A DNA stretch of 64,000 bases from Sedimentisphaerales bacterium (GTDB lineage Bacteria > Planctomycetota > Phycisphaerae > Sedimentisphaerales > SM23-30): the NCBI GenBank assembly GCA_963666285.1, contig OY762711.1; one strand, 5' to 3'. Position numbers and translations under genes: made by a program. Below are positions 58,076-64,000 of this stretch, in pieces; positions within the stretch are counted from its first letter, which is position 1; the number at the start of each line of letters is the position of its first letter. The notes under the pieces are model-generated. The model saw nothing but the letters and a program-made list of their open reading frames with translations. It was not told the DNA's origin and did no database searches.

Positions 58076-60547
58076 ATGATTAAAATTAAAATAAATCCGT
58101 CTTTTGCCATAAGCCTGGAACTGGCTCTAATTGCAATGAGTATATCATCACTTATATTCACTGTCGGTGTATTGCCTAAAGAGCAGCAAAAAGAACAACT
58201 GTGGATAAACCAGCACAGTAAAGCACTTGCAGTGCAGTTTTCATTGGCTATACAGACTGGTAACGAAAAAACAATCCAGAACCTCGTAGATTTATCGTTA
58301 AAACAGTACCCTAAACTGCAATCAGTTGCTGTTAAAGTTAATGATATAACCGCAGTCGAAACAGACGGTCATGATGAACTCTGGAATAAAAAATCTGAAC
58401 AGCAAAAACAAAAAACCAATATAACTTTTGAAATTCCCAGACCCAAAAGTACACCTGTTGAACTCCAACTGTGCTATGTCCCTGACGAAAAAAAATGGTA
58501 TCAGACCGATAGCTTCAAATTGGGAACATCAGTCTTATGCGGAACATTTGTTTTATATCTAATTTTAATCCGAAAAATGCTGAAAAAAGCCATTGAATCC
58601 GGAGGGCAAAATAATTCGGAACAGGTTAATGAAATATTTAACACAATGACAGAAGCAGTAGTTGTAATCGATGACAGAGAGAAAATATTACTGGCTAATA
58701 ATGAATTTCTTAAACTTACTGAAAAAAGTTTTGATAAAATAAAAGCTGAACCACTTAACAGCTTTAACTGGCAGGATCCGCCGGAAACTATGCCTTGGAC
58801 AAACGCCCTTCAGGAAAAAGAAGGTATCCGAGGAATCCAGCTATCTGTAAAACCTGAATCAGGCGATAATAAAATACTTATCGTAAATTCTACTCCAATA
58901 AAAGATAATGATGAAAATATTAGCGGTATTATGGTTACAATGAATGATGTAACCAAACTACATAAGCAAAATGAGAAAATTAAGGAGGCGATGGTTGAAC
59001 TCAAAAAGAACCATCAGAAAATCCAGGCTCAAAATGCCATCCTTAAGCAAATGTCTATGCAGGATCCTCTTACTGGATGCCTTAACCGCCGGGCATTTTT
59101 TGAAACATTTGACAAGGAATGGAACGGCTCAAAACGATATGGATATGATCTTAGCTGTATAATGCTGGATATAGACTTTTTTAAGAAAATAAATGACACA
59201 TACGGACATTCAAAAGGTGATGATGTTCTTAAGACTGTTTCTAAACTAGTTATAGAGAACGTAAGAAAATCTGACCATGTTTGCCGCTATGGAGGCGAAG
59301 AATTCTGCATTCTTATGCCGCACACAAACATTGAAGCCGCGGTTACAGCTGCAGAAAAAATCAGGTTATTAGTAGAAAGCAGCTTACCAAGCCAGATAAA
59401 TACAACTATCTCAATGGGTGTTTCCGCTGGAAGTTTAGATGCAGCAAGCCCTCAAGAATTAATTGACCAGGCTGACAAAGCACTATACCACTCCAAAAAC
59501 AACGGCAGAAACCAATATACAAGGTGGGACAGGCTGCCTTTAGAAGAGCTGAATAACAATAATTTGAAAGTGGAAAATCCAGTTATCTCAAAGGATGATG
59601 CTCGAAGATCAACATATCTGGAAATCCCTTTCCAGGCCGTAAACGCTCTAATCAGCGCTTTGGAACAGAGAGATGCCATGACCGGCCTCCATTGCCGAAA
59701 AGTTGCTGATTTATGTGTGTCATTAGCAAGAGGGCTTTTGAATCAATTCGACCTGTATGTTCTTGAAGTTGCTGCTCTACTGCACGACATCGGGAAAATT
59801 AGTGTACCAGATTCAATATTGAATAAGCCGGCAGCTCTAACATCTGAGGAGCTTGCAATAATGAACTATCACATCCAGAAAGGTGCCCAACTTCTGGAAG
59901 ATACCTTCCACTCAACGGAACTCACCGGTATTATTAAATATAAAAGTACCTGGTATGGCGGCACACCTGATAAACCGGAACTACCAAAAGGTGAAATGAT
60001 ACCAATGCGGTCCAGGATAATTTTTGCTGCTACAGCATTCGACTCAATTACCAGTTCAAGCAGCTACAGACAGGCTCGCACCCCACAGGAAGCTATTGAA
60101 GAGATGAAAAATAATTCTCCTAAGCAGTTCGATCCGGTTATTGTCGCAAGACTTGCTGAAATAGTATCAGCAAAAAGCGAACACAGAGCTATCGCTGAAC
60201 AAAACGAAAACGACATCAAAGCTCTGAGAATTGGTCTTGAAATTGAAAAGCTCATATGTGCTATTGAAGCTGAAGATTTCTCCCTAATGAGTGAGCTCGC
60301 TGCAAACCTAGCAAAAGATGCAGCCAAACTTGAGATCCCCGAAGTGTCTGAACCTGCCGCAGCTCTTGGCGATTCTATCAAAAAGGGTTTGCATATGGCC
60401 GATATTTTACCAATGGTAAACAGCATCATAACTGAATGCACTCATCAAAGTGAAAAGTTGATAAGGAATGCCGGTTTTGAAATTCAGGCAAAAGTAGAAA
60501 AAGAATTTGCACAATCTAAAAATGGCAAGTCTGATGATTCAAAATAA
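58076..60547 (+). CDS. Membrane diguanylate cyclase: 2 TM, PAS, GGDEF, degenerate HD-GYP, Hpt-like tail
   Basis: DPLTGCLNRR, DIDFFKKINDTYGHSKGD, RKSD I-site, RYGGEEF; LLHDIGK...DSILNKP. Confidence 0.9.
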   Translation: MIKIKINPSFAISLELALIAMSISSLIFTVGVLPKEQQKEQLWINQHSKALAVQFSLAIQTGNEKTIQNLVDLSLKQYPKLQSVAVKVNDITAVETDGHDELWNKKSEQQKQKTNITFEIPRPKSTPVELQLCYVPDEKKWYQTDSFKLGTSVLCGTFVLYLILIRKMLKKAIESGGQNNSEQVNEIFNTMTEAVVVIDDREKILLANNEFLKLTEKSFDKIKAEPLNSFNWQDPPETMPWTNALQEKEGIRGIQLSVKPESGDNKILIVNSTPIKDNDENISGIMVTMNDVTKLHKQNEKIKEAMVELKKNHQKIQAQNAILKQMSMQDPLTGCLNRRAFFETFDKEWNGSKRYGYDLSCIMLDIDFFKKINDTYGHSKGDDVLKTVSKLVIENVRKSDHVCRYGGEEFCILMPHTNIEAAVTAAEKIRLLVESSLPSQINTTISMGVSAGSLDAASPQELIDQADKALYHSKNNGRNQYTRWDRLPLEELNNNNLKVENPVISKDDARRSTYLEIPFQAVNALISALEQRDAMTGLHCRKVADLCVSLARGLLNQFDLYVLEVAALLHDIGKISVPDSILNKPAALTSEELAIMNYHIQKGAQLLEDTFHSTELTGIIKYKSTWYGGTPDKPELPKGEMIPMRSRIIFAATAFDSITSSSSYRQARTPQEAIEEMKNNSPKQFDPVIVARLAEIVSAKSEHRAIAEQNENDIKALRIGLEIEKLICAIEAEDFSLMSELAANLAKDAAKLEIPEVSEPAAALGDSIKKGLHMADILPMVNSIITECTHQSEKLIRNAGFEIQAKVEKEFAQSKNGKSDDSK

Positions 60548-60550
60548 GAT

Positions 60551-60585
60551 AACTCAAACCAGCGTATTAAAAGCTGGTTTGAGTT
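60551..60585. terminator. Hairpin between convergent genes (bidirectional terminator candidate)
   Basis: AACTCAAACCAGC-N9-GCTGGTTTGAGTT. Confidence 0.7.
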
Positions 60586-60598
60586 TACATTCTATAAT

Positions 60599-61915
60599 TT
60601 AACGTTGTTTCTGTCGTCGAGACTGACTTTCACGCATAGACTTCCTTTGGTAGTTCCAGTTTTCACCTTCAAGGTTTTCTGCATCATCCCTGTTTTCCTC
60701 GGCATAGGATTTCAGCTTTTCACTACCAAGTGTACTGTAATTATCATTCAAATAGCCAAGATTATAATTCAACATCTGTTTGGCTTCCTGTACTTTACCG
60801 GCATCTCGTAATTCGAGAGCTTTTTTGTTGTTCAGAATAGCTATTTGCTCGACAACATCAGCAAACATCTTTTTGTTTACACTTGCATCAGATTCTTCCT
60901 TGGATTCAGAAAAAGTTATCTGGGCAGCTATCCCGCTTTTGCCGGGCTTATCTGTCAGCATATCAAGATAATTGATTCTGGCCAGGGCAAGCTCACGAAC
61001 CTTATCTACCTCATGAGCAGGAACCTCAACCTCCAGAATCACATATTTTTCATGTTCGCCGTAGATGTTATTGATCTCAACAGAAGCTGTACGGCCGCTA
61101 ATATCACCTTCCCTTCCAAGCAAGCGAACAGGACGCATACCTTCACCGCAAATAATCTCAATCTTCACATCCTGGGCAACTACCGATAACGCTCTGCCAA
61201 ACTCATGATCAAACACAGACGCAAGCTCGTCGGCATCTTCGGCGAAATAATGCCCGCCATCACTCTTTTCTGCCAGCCTGCACATCAGGTCTTCATTATA
61301 CCCAAGTCCCAGGCCAATTGTCGTAACTGAAATACCTTGATCGACCAGCTTTGCCCCCAGCTTACCAAGTTCCTCAGGTGTTTCCGGACCCACGTTTGCA
61401 AGACCATCGCTCAGTAAGACAACACGATTAACATATTCCCTGGACGAAAACTTTTTTACCTCCTCAGAACCGGTCTTAACACCATCGTACAAAGCGGTCG
61501 AACCACCGGCACTTATCTGCCTTATCTTGTTGATTACCATCTCCCGGTCGGTCATTTTTGTTGCAGGCACAAGTACTCTGACCTGACTGTCATATAAAAC
61601 TACAGATACAATATCACTCGATTTTAAACGATGCAATGCCAGGATGGCTGCTTCTTTAGCTTTCTGAATCTTTTCTCCGCTCATAGAACCGGACTTATCA
61701 ATGACTATCGCAATATTTACCGGACAACGTTCTTTCTCCTGTTGTACATGACAACCGGTAAGTCCCACTCGCACATAAGCTGTTTGCTTCTGGCCGGCTA
61801 AAAGAACTGACCTATCCGACTCAATTTTCAAGTCAATCGAATCTGCCAGGCTAAAAGAGGCAGTTAAAATAAGCGACGTCAGCAAAAACATTATCTTGTA
61901 ATATAAATTCTTCAT
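60599..61915 (-). CDS. Exported VWA-domain protein (YfbK-like)
   Basis: Signal peptide; MIDAS DKSGS, GGST, LLSDGLANVG, GLGLGYNEDLM. Confidence 0.9.
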   Translation of the reverse strand: MKNLYYKIMFLLTSLILTASFSLADSIDLKIESDRSVLLAGQKQTAYVRVGLTGCHVQQEKERCPVNIAIVIDKSGSMSGEKIQKAKEAAILALHRLKSSDIVSVVLYDSQVRVLVPATKMTDREMVINKIRQISAGGSTALYDGVKTGSEEVKKFSSREYVNRVVLLSDGLANVGPETPEELGKLGAKLVDQGISVTTIGLGLGYNEDLMCRLAEKSDGGHYFAEDADELASVFDHEFGRALSVVAQDVKIEIICGEGMRPVRLLGREGDISGRTASVEINNIYGEHEKYVILEVEVPAHEVDKVRELALARINYLDMLTDKPGKSGIAAQITFSESKEESDASVNKKMFADVVEQIAILNNKKALELRDAGKVQEAKQMLNYNLGYLNDNYSTLGSEKLKSYAEENRDDAENLEGENWNYQRKSMRESQSRRQKQR

Positions 61916-61943
61916 AGTATTTCCTTTCCTGTTTTTATTAACC

Positions 61944-63638
61944 TTATTGCCAGTAATAATGCCATTTATAATCCAGTGTTATATCCTGTCCGGGAGCAAG
62001 TTCAATTTCCCAGCTAGCCCGTCCAACACTATTGAAATGATACCACCACCATGGCCAACTGCACCAGTTCCACCAGAATGGCAGGCCATCTTCAAAAATC
62101 AGACCATCATAAGAATGTCCTAATTGCATGATCTCACCTGATTGACCTGCTTCATCCATATTACCAAGAACCGATCTCTTAATAAATACTTTAACCATCT
62201 TATCACTATAGTTAGTCAACTTAACATCACCAACCATATTGACCTTGGAATAGAAATCATAATTCCATTTTACAGCCTTATCTTCTATGCCTTCCTGTTC
62301 ATTGCCGCTTTTAACCTTGATATTAACAGCTGTAGTAATTTCCAAGTCACCTTCGCCGCCAATCGGGGTATATTTCATCATGCTTTGAGATAGCACCATA
62401 CCATCTTTTAGAATCGTAGCCGGTGCTGTTGTTAGCGGATACTCTGCTTTGTTATCCAGCCGAACCTTGTGAATCACCTTCGGGGCATAAAACTGCTTGG
62501 CAATCTCTAAATGCTGCTGACTGTTGAAATTTCTGCGCATCTCAAACGGAGGCTGAAAACTGATATCTACAGTATAAATATCGGCATAGCTAAGCTCGTA
62601 TTCAGCTATTGGTATTACCATCCGCTCTCCTTTTTTAAGATTTAGATTATCCAGCGAAAAAACAAACATATCTTCACTTGTGCCAGAACCTTTCAATTCC
62701 GGGCCAAGCTCAACTGATTCTTCGTTTTGCGGTTGATAAAAATCATTATCGAATCCACTATAAGCTACCTGCGACATAATAGAATTTGAAAGCATCATAG
62801 AAGTACGGTTGTTGTCATATCTATTCATACGCCTCGATAACTCAGCAGTGGTTTCTTTGAGAGAAATTGGATCAACCATATCCTTGAATGCAAAACTTGG
62901 CACTCCCACAACCAGATGTGCCTTAACATTATTCAGGTCAATAAGTTCGTTTACTATTGTACCCTGCAATTTAACTATAGCTTTTCCTTTACCATCAATC
63001 TCGATACGATAACCAGGGATCCATCGCAGGCCCTTCTGGACATATGCCATACCGATATTTGCTTTTTGTATAGCTGAACTTTTATGCTTCAGTTTAATTG
63101 TCATCAAATTCTGCATTTCTGTTACAGTCTGATCATATGTCGGCATACCCAGGAATGTCACATTCTGTATCTGACTAATTTTAACTGCTTTTGTACCTTC
63201 CCGCTGTTTCAGCAACACAATCTGATCGCTCAGTATCTTTACAATTTCCGCTTGATACGCCTGTTGAAATGATTGTTCCTTCACTAATATCGGGTTATTG
63301 ATATTAAGTTTGAGTAATTCAATAAGATTTGCGACTGTCTGGTTATTCTTCACCTCATTTTGACCGGCGATTACGCACTGAATTGCATTATCCGGGTCTG
63401 CTGAATAAGCCCAGAAAGTACCAAGTACAGGCTGGGGCAGCTCATCAAGGACAATATCACCGGATTCGTTAGGCTGAATATATCCTTCATGCAAAACAAA
63501 TGAATGACCATCCTTAAATACCGTTATCTCTTTAACGGGAAGCTTATCATATACCCTCTCAACATTTGCGGCTTCTAACAGACAGCTCATTAGAAATATT
63601 TTCAAAACTATGGTCATAGCTATTTGGGTGCCTTTCAT
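61944..63638 (-). CDS. Exported DUF4139/DUF4140-like protein with Trp-rich C-terminal insert
   Basis: ITVFKDG start, GLRWIPGYRI, IVNELIDL...LVVGVP, WEIELAPG; LPFWWNWCSWPWWWYHFN. Confidence 0.65.
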   Translation of the reverse strand: MKGTQIAMTIVLKIFLMSCLLEAANVERVYDKLPVKEITVFKDGHSFVLHEGYIQPNESGDIVLDELPQPVLGTFWAYSADPDNAIQCVIAGQNEVKNNQTVANLIELLKLNINNPILVKEQSFQQAYQAEIVKILSDQIVLLKQREGTKAVKISQIQNVTFLGMPTYDQTVTEMQNLMTIKLKHKSSAIQKANIGMAYVQKGLRWIPGYRIEIDGKGKAIVKLQGTIVNELIDLNNVKAHLVVGVPSFAFKDMVDPISLKETTAELSRRMNRYDNNRTSMMLSNSIMSQVAYSGFDNDFYQPQNEESVELGPELKGSGTSEDMFVFSLDNLNLKKGERMVIPIAEYELSYADIYTVDISFQPPFEMRRNFNSQQHLEIAKQFYAPKVIHKVRLDNKAEYPLTTAPATILKDGMVLSQSMMKYTPIGGEGDLEITTAVNIKVKSGNEQEGIEDKAVKWNYDFYSKVNMVGDVKLTNYSDKMVKVFIKRSVLGNMDEAGQSGEIMQLGHSYDGLIFEDGLPFWWNWCSWPWWWYHFNSVGRASWEIELAPGQDITLDYKWHYYWQ

Positions 63639-63706
63639 TCTTGGTTACTCCTTGTAAAGTTAGATGGTTAATATTTCATCGCTTTCTTTCACTTAATTAT
63701 ACGACA

Positions 63707-63859
63707 GTAACAAGCAAAACGTGTGTCAAAGGTATGTAACAAATACAAGTTAGAGTTTTACATAAAAGTTACATTTGCTTTATCGCTACATATGGTATAA
63801 TCTAGTAGCTGATTAGCTCTTATTTACACATATGTGACATAGGTAACAGAAATGTAACA
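63707..63859. promoter_or_regulatory. Divergent promoter region with GTAACA/TTACAT repeats and an extended -10
   Basis: TTACAT at 63758 and 63769 and GTAACA at 63843 and 63854 (11-bp period); further GTAACA at 63707 and 63736; TGnTATAAT at 63793-63801. Confidence 0.5.
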
Positions 63860-63871
63860 GGAACAAAATAG

Positions 63872-64000
63872 ATGGGCTCTAGACATAACATTCTTGTCGT
63901 TGAAGATGAACCGAAAATCCGGGATGGGTTAAAAGATTTCCTGGAATTTCATGATTTTTCAGTAACAGTCGCAACAGATGGCTTGGAAGCAGAGCGGTCA
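63872..64000 (+). CDS. Response regulator, N-terminal fragment (runs off window)
   Basis: MGSRHNILVVEDEPKIRDGLKDFLEFHDFSVTVATDGLEA. Confidence 0.85.
   Translation, partial: MGSRHNILVVEDEPKIRDGLKDFLEFHDFSVTVATDGLEAERS

Noticed and set aside
1..64000. CRISPR array, tRNA or rRNA genes
   Set aside because: No regularly spaced repeat-spacer array or recognisable tRNA/rRNA sequence. The palindromic repeats are dispersed single copies.

Overview
Bacterial chromosomal window, AT-rich, most likely from a planctomycete, possibly Phycisphaerae. This is inferred from a LEPR-xLL-type surface protein, many Tat-exported Gfo/Idh/MocA and DUF1080 enzymes, and a membrane Ser/Thr kinase; it is not database-confirmed. 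I saw no rRNA, tRNA or CRISPR array. Main blocks: (1) 0-11 kb: prenyltransferase-repeat gene end, NPCBM/PA14/PKD protein, Na+/solute symporter with a large duplicated insert, a structured terminator-containing leader before ubiE, and a receiver protein plus FapA/DUF342 gene. (2) 11-33 kb: a large glycoside oxidation/elimination cluster with five Gfo/Idh/MocA genes (four with Tat signals), TIM-barrel, ThuA and DUF1080 enzymes. It continues into a 7-haem cytochrome c, a cytochrome b-like membrane protein, an MFS permease, a discoidin lipoprotein and an unusual GT-C membrane glycosyltransferase-ApbE flavin transferase fusion. A ~180-nt structured non-coding element is repeated in front of two dehydrogenase genes. 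(3) 33-38 kb: NtrC-like two-component pair and a TPR protein. (4) 38-44.4 kb: AT-rich Rhs toxin/immunity graveyard with an intact IS3, IS4- and IS481-like remnants and a zeta-like ATPase pair. (5) 45-53 kb: PspA-like / FHA-like / polytopic Ser/Thr kinase / membrane protein operon. (6) An intact IS110-family (IS1111-type) element whose downstream non-coding region carries readable guide segments matching its own target site and donor junction. (7) An adhesin-like gene divergent from a PAS-GGDEF-HD gene, then a DUF4139-like/VWA pair and the start of a response regulator. All family calls come from motif recognition by eye, and all RNA folds are manual base-pairing, not computed.
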